From an uncultured Desulfobulbia bacterium (lineage in GTDB: Bacteria > Desulfobacterota > Desulfobulbia > Desulfobulbales > SURF-16): a stretch of DNA of 64,000 nucleotides. Positions 28,135 to 37,721 of the stretch are shown in pieces (positions within the stretch are counted from its first letter, which is position 1; each line of letters begins with the position of its first letter). The stretch spans positions 2,427-66,426 of the forward strand of contig CAZZCA010000006.1 of the NCBI GenBank assembly GCA_964653055.1, read 5' to 3'. The notes under the pieces are model-generated. The model was not told the origin of the DNA. It worked only from the letters and a program-made list of their open reading frames with translations, and ran no database searches. The translations under genes and the position numbers were made by a program.

Positions 28135-28332
28135 TTATTCTCCGTTTAGGGGTGCCAGGGTGACCTGTCCCCCGAGAAAGTCTATTTTGGCAACATAGGC
28201 GTTGGCAATGGTTTGGGGCGCTTCAAACATGGTGGAAACGATGACATCGTCATTGTTCTGTTCTAGAAAGGTGACATTTTCCATTTTTATTTCGCCTTTA
28301 TCACCTTCAATGGATACACTCATTTGACACAT
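28135..28332 (-). CDS. cooT: CooT-like small nickel-binding protein
   Basis: 65 aa, MCQMSVSIEGDKGEIKMENVTFLEQNNDDVIVSTMFEAPQTIANAYVAKIDFLGGQVTLAPLNGE. The size, the Met-Cys N-terminus and the beta-rich pattern fit CooT. A strong SD (GGGAGGAAAACA) precedes this ATG. The listed ORF start at 28533 is an unlikely extension. Confidence 0.65.
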   Translation of the reverse strand: MCQMSVSIEGDKGEIKMENVTFLEQNNDDVIVSTMFEAPQTIANAYVAKIDFLGGQVTLAPLNGE

Positions 28333-28440
28333 TGTTTTCCTCCCGGTTTTATTATCACCCAAGTGTAATTTCCCCGGTGGGATAGAGCAATAAATTGTTG
28401 AATAATTTTTTAAGATGCCAATTTGTCGAGTGTTGCCGCG

Positions 28441-28854
28441 ATGATTGATTTTGCAGAAATACGGAAGATTCTCAGATATTGCAGGGTTATTGCTGTGGTT
28501 GGTTTGTCGCCCAAACCGGTGCGGCCAAGCCACCAGGTGGCCTCCTATCTCTTAAAGGCCGGATATCGAATTATTCCGGTTAATCCGGGCCAGAGCTCTA
28601 TTCTGGGCCAGACCTGCTACCCTGACCTTGCCTCTATTCCTGAAAAGGTTGACCTGGTGGATATCTTTCGTCGCTCCGAAGATGTTGTGCCAGTGGTCAA
28701 ACAGGCCATTGCGGTCGGGTCCGGGGTGGTCTGGATGCAGCAGGGAATTGTTAATGAAGAAGCTGCGAATCTTGCCCGGAAGGCCGGGGTGCGGGTAATT
28801 ATGGACCGCTGCCTTTCCGAGGATCATCGCTGTCTTTTTCCGGCCGGGAACTGA
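28441..28854 (+). CDS. CoA-binding domain protein (YccU/YneT-like)
   Basis: IAVVGLSPKPVRPSHQVASYLLKAGYRIIPVNP...VDIFRRSEDVVPVV. The start is uncertain (ATG 28441 or TTG 28423). Confidence 0.75.
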   Translation: MIDFAEIRKILRYCRVIAVVGLSPKPVRPSHQVASYLLKAGYRIIPVNPGQSSILGQTCYPDLASIPEKVDLVDIFRRSEDVVPVVKQAIAVGSGVVWMQQGIVNEEAANLARKAGVRVIMDRCLSEDHRCLFPAGN

Positions 28855-28855
28855 A

Positions 28856-28988
28856 GGGCTTTTTCGTGGTATTCCCTTGACTTGCCGTGGTGTTTCAGCT
28901 ATTCTTTTTTGTTTTTCTGGCGGCAGAGCAAGGTGGCGATAAACTGGCACCTTTGACGATAACAATTTCTGGAACGGCATAAGTGACT
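28856..28988. repeat. Intergenic element, copy B (upstream of hisS)
   Basis: The left arm GGGCTTTTTCGTGGT and right arm ACGATAACAATTTCTGGAACGGCATAAGTGACT have the same arms and orientation as copy A, with a longer interior. There is an internal half-repeat GCGATAAAC...GACGATAAC. Confidence 0.7.
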
Positions 28989-29096
28989 TGGTGCTTATTT
29001 TGTTCTGGTGTCATTGTGGTTTGCTTGTGCTGGTTGTTGTTTATTGTGGCAGGAAATTAACATTGAGTCTCTAATGGAGATGATTGGAGAAAACCA

Positions 29097-30365
29097 TTGG
29101 CAGTTAAGGCTTTAAAAGGTTTCAAGGATATTTTACCCGGAGAGGTTGAGCAGTGGCAGTTTATTGAAGAGACTGCCCGCTCGGTTTTTCAGCGGTTTGA
29201 TTTTACCGAGATCAAGGTCCCGGTTCTGGAAAAGACCAAATTATTTACCCGCTCCATCGGCGAGACTACTGATATTGTCGAAAAAGAGATGTATACCTTT
29301 GCTGATCGCAATGGTTCGTCTCTGACCATGCGGCCGGAGGGGACAGCCCCGGTGCTGCGGGCCTTTGTTGAGCATAGCCTGCAAACCATAAAACCGGTTC
29401 AGCGTCTATTTACCATTGGCCCCATGTTTCGCCATGAACGGCCCCAGAAAGGCAGGCTGCGTCAGTTTCACCAGATGAGTGTTGAGGTGCTGGGGACTGA
29501 TCATCCCCGGTTGGACGCCGAGCTTATGGCCATGGCCTGGTTGATTCTTGAAGAGCTGGGCCTGAAGGTCAGCCTGGAGATTAATTCCCTTGGCTGTCCA
29601 TCCTGTCGGCCCCAGTTTAATCAGAGCCTGCTGGATTTTCTCGATAAGTCGGAAGATGTCTGTGAAGATTGTCAGCGTCGTCGCCAGACCAACCCCCTGC
29701 GGGTCCTTGACTGCAAGAACGAAGATTGTCAGCGCCAATATGAGAAGGCTCCATCGATTCTTGACCATCTCTGTGGAGGCTGTACCGATCATTTTGCCCT
29801 GGTTCGCCAGGGGCTGGAGCTGCTCAAGGTGCCGTATAAGGTCAATTCTTTTATGGTTCGTGGTCTTGACTATTACACCAGGACCACCTTCGAGTTCCTT
29901 ACCAGCGATCTCGGGGCCCAGAGTGCAGTTGGTGCCGGTGGTCGTTATGATGGCCTGGTTAAACAGCTGGGTGGTCCGGACCTGCCGGGAATAGGATTTG
30001 CCATGGGTATTGAACGACTGGCCCTGCTTCTTGCTGACGGTCAGGATGCCCGGAATACTGTCAGCCCGGATCTTTTTATCGCCGCCCTCGGTTCCGAGGC
30101 CCAGGATATTGCCTATGCCCTGACCCATGAGCTTCGCTGCCTTGGGAAGACGGTGCAGATGGATATTATGAATCGCAGTTTGAAAAACCAGATGAAACAG
30201 GCCGGTAGGGCCCGGGCCCGCTATGTTCTTATCCTTGGAGAAGACGAGTTGGCAAATAACGAGTCTATGCTTAGAAATATGTCCACCCGGGAGCAGGAAG
30301 GAGTGGCTGTAAATCGCCAGGCAGGTGACTGGGCCCGGCATCTTGTTGATCGGTTGAATAATTAA
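29097..30365 (+). CDS. hisS: Histidine--tRNA ligase
   Basis: 422 aa. GFKDILPGE, MRPEGTAPVLR, FRHERPQKGRLRQFHQ and GGGRYDGL are class II HisRS motifs. TTG start 6 nt after GGAGA. Confidence 0.95.
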   Translation: MAVKALKGFKDILPGEVEQWQFIEETARSVFQRFDFTEIKVPVLEKTKLFTRSIGETTDIVEKEMYTFADRNGSSLTMRPEGTAPVLRAFVEHSLQTIKPVQRLFTIGPMFRHERPQKGRLRQFHQMSVEVLGTDHPRLDAELMAMAWLILEELGLKVSLEINSLGCPSCRPQFNQSLLDFLDKSEDVCEDCQRRRQTNPLRVLDCKNEDCQRQYEKAPSILDHLCGGCTDHFALVRQGLELLKVPYKVNSFMVRGLDYYTRTTFEFLTSDLGAQSAVGAGGRYDGLVKQLGGPDLPGIGFAMGIERLALLLADGQDARNTVSPDLFIAALGSEAQDIAYALTHELRCLGKTVQMDIMNRSLKNQMKQAGRARARYVLILGEDELANNESMLRNMSTREQEGVAVNRQAGDWARHLVDRLNN

Positions 30366-30393
30366 TCTATAATTTTGTTTAAGAGGAGAACCT

Positions 30394-32175
30394 ATGGAAT
30401 CCATGGGGGAGCTGCAACGCACACATTCATGTAATGAATTGTGCTTGGATAATCTTGGTGAAGAAGTGGTGCTGATGGGCTGGGTTCTCCGGCGCCGGGA
30501 TCATGGTGGGGTAATTTTTATTGATCTCCGTGACCGGCGGGGCCTGACCCAGGTCGTTTTCAATCCTGAGCTTAATGCCGAGGTCCATGCCAAGGCCCAT
30601 GGCCTGCGGAGTGAATGGGTCATTGCGGTGCGCGGCACGGTGAGCAGCAGACCGGACGGCATGCGTAACTCTAATCTCCAGACCGGAGATGTCGAGGTCA
30701 TGGTCAATGAACTGCGTATTCTCAATATCAGCAAGACCCCGCCATTCCCCCTGGACGAGGACAGTGATGTCTCTGATAATCTCCGCCTGACCTATCGTTA
30801 TCTTGATCTGCGGCGGCCGGCAATGGCGGAAAATCTTATTATGCGCCACAAGGCATGCCAGGCGATTCGGACCTATCTTAATTCCCAGGAATTTCTTGAG
30901 GTTGAGACCCCGGTGCTGACCCGTTCCACCCCGGAAGGGGCCCGTGATTATCTGGTGGCAAGCCGGGTTAATGCCGGCAAGTTTTACGCCCTGCCCCAGT
31001 CTCCCCAATTATTCAAGCAGTTGCTGATGGTGGCGGGAATGGATCGCTATTATCAGATTGTCAGATGTTTCCGGGACGAGGACCTGAGAGCCGATCGGCA
31101 GCCGGAGTTTACCCAGATAGATATGGAGCTATCCTTTGTCAAAGAGGAAGATATCTATCAGGTGGCGGAAGGGCTGATCAAAACGGTTTTTAAAGAGACC
31201 AAAGACATAGAGCTGGAGCAGCCTTTTCCGCACATGACCTATGACGAGGCCATGGAACGCTTTGGCTGTGACCGGCCTGATGTTCGTTTCGGCCTGGAGC
31301 TTATCAACCTTACCGGGGTTGTTCGTGATTGTGGCTTCAAGGTATTTCGCTCGGTGGTGGAAAAAGGTGGAATGGTTAAGAGTATTAATGCCAAGGGCTG
31401 TGCCGGTTTTTCCCGGAAGGACCTTGATGATCTCACCGATTATGTAGGTAATTTCGGGGCTCGTGGTCTGGCCTGGGTTAAGGTTAAGGAGGACGGGGAA
31501 TGGCAGTCCCCCATTGCCAAGTTTTTCACTGACGAGGAAAGGGCTGATATGGCTGCAACCCTGGGGGCGGAAGAGGGTGACCTGCTCTTTTTCGTTGCGG
31601 ATAGTTCCAGTATTGTTCATCAGGCTCTGGCTGAACTTCGCCTGGAACTGGCCCGTCGCCTGGCTCTGATCGAAGAGGGAACCTTTAGTTTTATGTGGAT
31701 CACTGATTTTCCCCTGCTTGAGTATGATCATGACCAGCGTCGTCATACCGCGGTTCATCACCCTTTTACAGCCCCCTTTGAAGAAGACCTGGAGTTGCTG
31801 GAATCCGATCCCGGCAAAATTCGCAGCCGGGCTTATGATCTGGTTCTTAACGGGGTTGAGATCGGTGGCGGCAGTATCCGTATCCACCAGAAAGATATTC
31901 AGGAACGGGTTTTCAAGGCCCAGGGGATCAGTGACGAAGAGGCTGCTGATAAATTTGATTTTCTCCTCAAGGCCCTGGAGCTGGGAGCGCCGCCCCATGG
32001 CGGACTGGCTTTTGGTCTTGACCGCCTGATGATGATCCTTACCGGTCGGGATTCAATTCGTGATGTTATTGCTTTTCCCAAGACCCAGAAAGCAACCTGT
32101 CCCCTCACCGATGCACCCTCTCCGGTGGACAGAAAACAATTGACCGAGCTTTATCTCCGGCCTGACTGGAAATAA
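30394..32175 (+). CDS. aspS: Aspartate--tRNA ligase
   Basis: 593 aa. OB fold (GWVLRRRDHGGVIFIDLRD), FRDEDLRADRQPEFTQID and GGGSIRIH...GLDRL. Confidence 0.95.
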   Translation: MESMGELQRTHSCNELCLDNLGEEVVLMGWVLRRRDHGGVIFIDLRDRRGLTQVVFNPELNAEVHAKAHGLRSEWVIAVRGTVSSRPDGMRNSNLQTGDVEVMVNELRILNISKTPPFPLDEDSDVSDNLRLTYRYLDLRRPAMAENLIMRHKACQAIRTYLNSQEFLEVETPVLTRSTPEGARDYLVASRVNAGKFYALPQSPQLFKQLLMVAGMDRYYQIVRCFRDEDLRADRQPEFTQIDMELSFVKEEDIYQVAEGLIKTVFKETKDIELEQPFPHMTYDEAMERFGCDRPDVRFGLELINLTGVVRDCGFKVFRSVVEKGGMVKSINAKGCAGFSRKDLDDLTDYVGNFGARGLAWVKVKEDGEWQSPIAKFFTDEERADMAATLGAEEGDLLFFVADSSSIVHQALAELRLELARRLALIEEGTFSFMWITDFPLLEYDHDQRRHTAVHHPFTAPFEEDLELLESDPGKIRSRAYDLVLNGVEIGGGSIRIHQKDIQERVFKAQGISDEEAADKFDFLLKALELGAPPHGGLAFGLDRLMMILTGRDSIRDVIAFPKTQKATCPLTDAPSPVDRKQLTELYLRPDWK

Positions 32176-32221
32176 ACCGGTGAATTTGATTGATGTCGGC
32201 TAATCCCCAAGGAGGAATTTA

Positions 32222-33685
32222 ATGTTGCCAGACAATCTATTAAAAGAAGCCTATACCTTTGACGATCTGCTCCTGGTGCCCCAGGAATCTGAGGTTCTGC
32301 CCTCTGATGTTTCCCTTGGCACCAGCCTTACCCGGGAGATTTCGCTGAATATTCCCATGGTCAGCGCTGCCATGGATACGGTGACCGAGCATAGAACGGC
32401 TATCACCATGGCCCGGGAGGGTGGGATCGGCATAATTCATAAAAACATGAGTATTGCCGATCAGGCGATTCAGGTGGAAAAAGTCAAGAAATCAGAATCC
32501 GGGATGATTGTTGACCCGGTGACGGTTACTGATAAGCAGACGGTGGGTGAGGTTAAGGAGATTATGCGCTCTTACCGGATCTCCGGGGTGCCGGTGCTGA
32601 CAGGAAGCAGGCTGGTGGGCATTGTTACCAACCGTGATCTGCGTTTTGTTTCTGACCTTGACCTGCGGGTGGACGAGGTGATGACCAGCAAGAACCTGGT
32701 AACCGCCAGGCCGGGGATTACCCTGGAGCAGTCCAAGGCCCTGCTCCATGAACACCGGATTGAAAAACTGCTGGTGGTGGGCAATAAGGGTGAATTACAG
32801 GGTCTGATTACCATCAAGGATATTGAAAAGGTGAAGAAATACCCTAATGCGGCCAAGGACTCCCTGGGTCGTCTGCGGGTGGGTGCCGCCATCGGGGTGG
32901 GTACTGACATGGCGGACCTTGAGCTCCTGGTTAATGCCGGGGTGGATGTGGTGGTTCTTGATTCGGCCCATGGTCATTCCCGAAACATCCTTGAGACCTT
33001 AAAGACTGTAAAGGCCACCTTTCCCGATCTTCAGGTCATTGCCGGTAATGTGGCCACTGGTGAAGGGTGTGAGGCCCTGATCAAGGCCGGGGCGGATTGT
33101 GTCAAGGTGGGGGTTGGTCCTGGTTCCATCTGTACCACCAGAATAGTTGCCGGGGTAGGTGTGCCCCAGATCACCGCTATCTATGACTGTAAACAGGTGG
33201 CTGCCCGGCACGGGGTGCCGATTATCGGTGATGGCGGCATTAAGTATTCCGGTGACCTTTGCAAGGCCATCGGTATTGGCGCTGATGTTATTATGATCGG
33301 CAGTCTTTTTGCCGGTTGTGACGAGACCCCGGGAGAGACCTTTCTCTATCAGGGCCGGACCTATAAGGGCTACCGGGGAATGGGCTCCCTGGGTGCGATG
33401 AAAAAGGGCAGCAGTGACCGTTATTTTCAGGACGATGTGGACTCATCTGCCAAATATGTACCGGAAGGAATTGAGGGCAAGGTTCCCTATCGGGGTCCTT
33501 TGAGTGATACGGTTTATCAGCTCATCGGCGGTCTTCGTTCCGGAATGGGTTATCTGGGAGCGGCCACCATTGCCGATCTGCAGAAAAAGGCCCGTTTTGT
33601 CCAGATTAGTTCAGCCGGTTTGAAAGAGAGCCATGTTCATGATGTGATTATTACCAAGGAGGCGCCCAATTATCGTCTGGGCTGA
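32222..33685 (+). CDS. guaB: IMP dehydrogenase
   Basis: 487 aa. TFDDLLLVP, a CBS pair, and the catalytic loop [11 protein letters not shown]. Confidence 0.96.
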   Translation: MLPDNLLKEAYTFDDLLLVPQESEVLPSDVSLGTSLTREISLNIPMVSAAMDTVTEHRTAITMAREGGIGIIHKNMSIADQAIQVEKVKKSESGMIVDPVTVTDKQTVGEVKEIMRSYRISGVPVLTGSRLVGIVTNRDLRFVSDLDLRVDEVMTSKNLVTARPGITLEQSKALLHEHRIEKLLVVGNKGELQGLITIKDIEKVKKYPNAAKDSLGRLRVGAAIGVGTDMADLELLVNAGVDVVVLDSAHGHSRNILETLKTVKATFPDLQVIAGNVATGEGCEALIKAGADCVKVGVGPGSICTTRIVAGVGVPQITAIYDCKQVAARHGVPIIGDGGIKYSGDLCKAIGIGADVIMIGSLFAGCDETPGETFLYQGRTYKGYRGMGSLGAMKKGSSDRYFQDDVDSSAKYVPEGIEGKVPYRGPLSDTVYQLIGGLRSGMGYLGAATIADLQKKARFVQISSAGLKESHVHDVIITKEAPNYRLG

Positions 33686-33693
33686 TTTAATTA

Positions 33694-35244
33694 ATGGATA
33701 TACATAGCGAAAAGATATTGATCTTGGATTTCGGTTCCCAGACCACCCAGCTCATTGCCCGGCGGATCAGGGAACAGAAGGTTTATTGTGAGATTCACCC
33801 CTATACCCTGGAGCTGGAGCGGATTAAAGAGATGAAGCCCATGGGCATTGTCCTTTCCGGTGGTCCTGCTTCGGTCTATGACGAGGACGCACCTCTTAGC
33901 GACCCTGGAATCTTTGACCTGGATATTCCGATTCTGGGCATATGTTACGGCGTTCAGCTCATGACCCATCAGCTCGGCGGTCGGGTGGAGCGGGCGGAAA
34001 AGCGAGAGTTTGGCAAATCTGATCTTCAGGTTCTTTTTACCGAAGGGCTCTTTGCCGGTTTGACAACAGGCGACAGTCGCCATCAGGTCTGGATGAGCCA
34101 CGGCGACCGGATTGAGGTTGCTCCGGAGGGTTTTGTCGCCTCAGGCGAGAGTGAGCACTCCCCCATGGCAGCCATTCGCCACGAAACAAAACCCATGGTA
34201 GGGGTCCAGTTTCACCCGGAGGTGGCCCATACCCTTATTGGTAACGATGTGCTGCGTAATTTCATCTTCGGTATCTGCGGTTGTGAGCCGAGCTGGACCA
34301 TGCATTCCTTTATCGAGACCACGGTGGCGGCCATCAGGGTCAAGGTGGGTGACGATAAGGTGATCTGCGCTCTTTCCGGCGGGGTTGATTCAGCGGTAAC
34401 CGCGGCCCTGGTTCACCGGGCCATTGGCGATCAGCTTACCTGTATCTATGTTAATAACGGTCTGATGCGTACCGGCGAGACCGAGAGCCTCATGCGGTTT
34501 TTTCAGAAAAAGACCCAGCTTGAGGTTATCAAGGTGGATGCGGAGGATTATTTCTTAGGCGAGCTTAACGGGATTATTGACCCGGAAGAGAAACGTAAAC
34601 GAATCGGTTACGGCTTTATCAAGATATTTGAGGAAGAGGCCGGCCGCCTTGGAGATGTTCAGTATCTGGCCCAGGGAACCCTTTATCCCGATGTCATTGA
34701 GTCGGTATCTTTCCGGGGTGCGGCGGTTATCAAATCTCATCATAATGTCGGTGGCCTGCCGGAGGTGATGAAGCTTGACCTGATTGAGCCCCTGCGGGAG
34801 CTCTTTAAAGACGAGGTTCGGGAGCTTGGCCTTGAGCTTGGCCTGCCGGAAGAGGCCATCTATCGCCAGCCCTTTCCCGGCCCCGGTCTGGGGATCAGGA
34901 TCATGGGAGAGGTTACCCGGGATCGTCTCCATATTCTCCGCCAGGCAGATGTCATTGTACTGGAAGAGATGAAGAATTCCGGTTATTACCGTAAGGTATG
35001 GCAGTCCTTTGCCGTGCTTCTTCCCATCCAGACGGTGGGGGTAATGGGGGACGAGCGAACCTATGAAAATGTCATTGCCCTGCGCTCGGTTGATTCAGTG
35101 GATGCCATGACCGCAGACTGGTCAAAACTGCCCTATGACCTGCTGGGCCGCATTTCCAACCGGATAATTAACGAGGTACGGGGGGTTAACAGGGTGGTCT
35201 TTGATGTTTCGTCCAAGCCACCCAGCACCATCGAATGGGAGTAA
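33694..35244 (+). CDS. guaA: GMP synthase (glutamine-hydrolysing)
   Basis: 516 aa. GATase (ILGICYG, HPE), PP-loop SGGVDS, and the C-terminal KPPSTIEWE. Confidence 0.96.
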   Translation: MDIHSEKILILDFGSQTTQLIARRIREQKVYCEIHPYTLELERIKEMKPMGIVLSGGPASVYDEDAPLSDPGIFDLDIPILGICYGVQLMTHQLGGRVERAEKREFGKSDLQVLFTEGLFAGLTTGDSRHQVWMSHGDRIEVAPEGFVASGESEHSPMAAIRHETKPMVGVQFHPEVAHTLIGNDVLRNFIFGICGCEPSWTMHSFIETTVAAIRVKVGDDKVICALSGGVDSAVTAALVHRAIGDQLTCIYVNNGLMRTGETESLMRFFQKKTQLEVIKVDAEDYFLGELNGIIDPEEKRKRIGYGFIKIFEEEAGRLGDVQYLAQGTLYPDVIESVSFRGAAVIKSHHNVGGLPEVMKLDLIEPLRELFKDEVRELGLELGLPEEAIYRQPFPGPGLGIRIMGEVTRDRLHILRQADVIVLEEMKNSGYYRKVWQSFAVLLPIQTVGVMGDERTYENVIALRSVDSVDAMTADWSKLPYDLLGRISNRIINEVRGVNRVVFDVSSKPPSTIEWE

Positions 35245-35249
35245 AAATG

Positions 35250-35315
35250 GCGTCGTAAAAATCCGATCTGCTTTGTCGTAACCTTTGGTCAGATGCCACG
35301 GCATACCTGTTGTAT
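35250..35315. repeat. Degenerate third copy of the intergenic element
   Basis: GCGTCGTAAAA...CTTTGTCGTAACCTTTGG...CCACGGCATACCTG parallels copy B's GCGATAAAC...CTTTGACGATAACAATTTCTGG...GAACGGCATAAGTG in the same orientation. CCTTGTCGTAACC recurs at 35488-35500. Confidence 0.45.
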
Positions 35316-35508
35316 TGCCGCGGCCCTTCCCAAAGCTGGACTCCTCGCATATCGAATTTTTACATAGCCATTTATGGCTGGCTGGCATAATTAAGAAGTC
35401 GATGTTGTAAAAAACAAAATTTACGATTAAGCCATTTGTAAATAGTTTGGATTGTCGGAAGATGAGTTGTAATTAACCTTATTTACCTTGTCGTAACCTG
35501 TTAATTCT

Positions 35509-36672
35509 ATGGAAAAGAAATCTCTGCGAGACCTTCATTTTCTGGTGGCCGGCGGCCATGATTCCATGCGCCAGTCCATAATTTCCATGCTTAAGCTCAT
35601 TGGCTTTGGTGATGAAATTATTGAAGCGGAAAGTGGCAATGAGGCCTGGAAGCACCTGGGCCGTGGGTTGAGCGACATTGACTTCATTATCTCTGCAGCC
35701 GATATGGAAGAAGGTGATGGGGTTGAGCTCCTGCAACGGGTTCGCAACGATAAGATTGTCCGGGACATTGTTTTTCTGCTGGTCAGCTCTGAAATCAGCC
35801 TGGAGCTGGTGGCAGAGGCTGCGGAGTATGATGTTGACGGTTGTCTTGCCATCCCCTGCTCACCTGATTCCCTGGAACGAAAGATTGAGTCTCTCTGGCA
35901 TAAGGCCTGGAACCCTGATCCCATGACCATGCATCTGCGGCTGGCCCGGGAGCAGGAGGAACGGGGTAATCTGGTCGGAGCAATTGACCAGACCCAGCTT
36001 GCCATTGCCGCTAACTTAGAATCATCCCGTCCCCTGCGGGAACAGGGACGACTTTATTTGAAGCTGGACAGCCCTGATCAGGCCCTTGCCTCCTTCCAGG
36101 GAGCGGTTTCCCTCAACCAGCTTGATGTCGGTGCCCACCATAATCTGGGCATGATCCATTTTAATCGGGGCCAGGTTAACCGGGCCATGGTTCATTTCGG
36201 CCGGGCCATGGCCATCAGCCCCCGGGACGCCCAGCGCTCTTATTATTACGGATGTATCCTGTTGCAGCGGCAGCAAAAGGACGAGGCCCGGGATGTCCTG
36301 GCCTCTCTCTACCGTAATCATCAGGAAAATATTGAGTTAATGACCAGGGTGGGGGTTGTGGCCGAAGAAAATGGCCTGAACGATCTGGCAATCAAGTGTT
36401 TTCGTCATGTGCTGGAGAGAAAGCCCAATGAGCTGTTGATCCATAAAAAACTGGGGATTCTCTTGCAGGAGGAGGGGAATAGCCTGGAGGCGGTTACCCA
36501 CCTGGAAACAGCAGCGGTGAAGTATGGCAGGGAGCTTGACCTGCTTCTTGCCATGGCCCGGGCCTGTCTGGTCATGGATCGTTTTGAACAGGCCCATGTC
36601 TGGGCAGACAGGGCCAAAGATCTCTTCCCCACTGAAACCGAGGTCAGGAAGATTCTTCTCCAGTGCCGATAG
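35509..36672 (+). CDS. Degenerate receiver (pseudo-REC) domain fused to TPR repeats
   Basis: 387 aa. The N-terminal ~125 aa show a CheY-like fold pattern, but DD is replaced by GG ([11 protein letters not shown]), the acceptor position is Ala ([12 protein letters not shown]) and the conserved Lys is Ile (LAIPC). The C-terminal ~250 aa are TPR-like. Confidence 0.7.
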   Translation: MEKKSLRDLHFLVAGGHDSMRQSIISMLKLIGFGDEIIEAESGNEAWKHLGRGLSDIDFIISAADMEEGDGVELLQRVRNDKIVRDIVFLLVSSEISLELVAEAAEYDVDGCLAIPCSPDSLERKIESLWHKAWNPDPMTMHLRLAREQEERGNLVGAIDQTQLAIAANLESSRPLREQGRLYLKLDSPDQALASFQGAVSLNQLDVGAHHNLGMIHFNRGQVNRAMVHFGRAMAISPRDAQRSYYYGCILLQRQQKDEARDVLASLYRNHQENIELMTRVGVVAEENGLNDLAIKCFRHVLERKPNELLIHKKLGILLQEEGNSLEAVTHLETAAVKYGRELDLLLAMARACLVMDRFEQAHVWADRAKDLFPTETEVRKILLQCR

Positions 36673-37495
36673 TTTTTTCGGCCACCCGGCGGGCGATATT
36701 TCTTATCCTGCCGATATACCTGGTTCTTTCCGCCACGCTGATGGCCTTTCTGGCGTCAAGCAGGTTGAAGGTATGGGAGCATTTCAGGCAATAATCATAG
36801 GCCGGCAGCACCAGGTCTTTTTCCAGTAGTTTAAGGGCCTCTTCTTCACAGGAATTGAAGTAGGAGGTAAGGAAGTCCACATTGGCGTGTTCAAAATTAA
36901 AGGCCGAGAATTCCACCTCGGCCTGATGGAAGATATCGCCGTATTTTACCTCGTCGTTCCAGGTAATGTCGTAGACCGAGTTGACCTTCTGCAGGTACAT
37001 GGCGATTCGTTCCAGGCCGTAGGTGATTTCCACGGTAATGGGGTCAAGTTCCTGGCTGCCAGCCTGCTGGAAATAGGTGAACTGGGTGATCTCCATGCCG
37101 TCGAGCCAGACCTCCCAGCCCAGGCCGCTGGCTCCCAGGGTGGGTGATTCCCAGTCGTCTTCCACAAAACGGATATCATGTTCCAGCAGGTTGAGGCCGA
37201 AACGCTTCAGGCTCTCCAGGTAGAGTTCCTGGGGATTGGCCGGGGACGGTTTCATTACCACCTGGAATTGATAATAATGCTGGAGCCGGTTGGGGTTTTC
37301 TCCGTAGCGGCCATCAGTGGGCCGGCGGGACGGCTGAACATAGGCCGCCTTCCACGGTTTCGGCCCCAGGGCCCGGAGCAGGGTGGCCGGATGAAAGGTG
37401 CCGGCACCCACTTCGAGGTCGTAGGGTTGCTGGATTACGCAGCCCTGTTCGGCCCAGTAATGACTTAATTCAAATATGATATCCTGAAAATACAT
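36644..37495 (-). CDS. glyQ: Glycine--tRNA ligase alpha subunit
   Basis: 283 aa. [38 protein letters not shown]... is near-invariant GlyQ sequence. The 3' end overlaps the convergent pseudo-REC gene by 29 nt. Confidence 0.95.
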   Translation of the reverse strand: MYFQDIIFELSHYWAEQGCVIQQPYDLEVGAGTFHPATLLRALGPKPWKAAYVQPSRRPTDGRYGENPNRLQHYYQFQVVMKPSPANPQELYLESLKRFGLNLLEHDIRFVEDDWESPTLGASGLGWEVWLDGMEITQFTYFQQAGSQELDPITVEITYGLERIAMYLQKVNSVYDITWNDEVKYGDIFHQAEVEFSAFNFEHANVDFLTSYFNSCEEEALKLLEKDLVLPAYDYCLKCSHTFNLLDARKAISVAERTRYIGRIRNIARRVAEKTIGTGEESS

Positions 37496-37576
37496 GTTAT
37501 TTAAGTGTTTGGATTAATAAAGGTTCTTTCTACCATATTTTGCTGTTTTTAGGCAAATTAAGAATGCAGAGGATGA

Positions 37577-37599
37577 AAAGGCAAATTTATTTTGCCTTT
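37577..37599. promoter_or_regulatory. Perfect 9-bp inverted repeat AAAGGCAAA-TTTAT-TTTGCCTTT in the glyQ/porin divergent region
   Basis: Read directly. A second small palindrome, CTACA-T-TGTAG, lies at 37673-37683, ~40 nt upstream of the porin start. Confidence 0.45.
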
Positions 37600-37721
37600 A
37601 TTGTCATTTATTTGATAGAGTTAGCATAATTTTTTTTGACAACATAAAACCAATAAAGTAAATACTAAAAAACTACATTGTAGCAGTTGGATCAATTAAT
37701 AATCTGTAAGGAGAAAGGAAG

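Noticed and set aside
28333-28440. NikR-type operator in the cooT / CoA-binding divergent region (TATCACCC...GGTGGGATA).
   Set aside because: The inverted repeat is imperfect (about 5 of 8 positions) and does not match the GTATGA-N16-TCATAC form known for E. coli NikR.
28135-28533. The full 132-aa ORF as the cooT-like gene.
   Set aside because: The first 67 codons have no SD and overlap the divergent CoA-binding gene. The internal Met-Cys start has a strong SD and gives the family-typical ~65-aa length.
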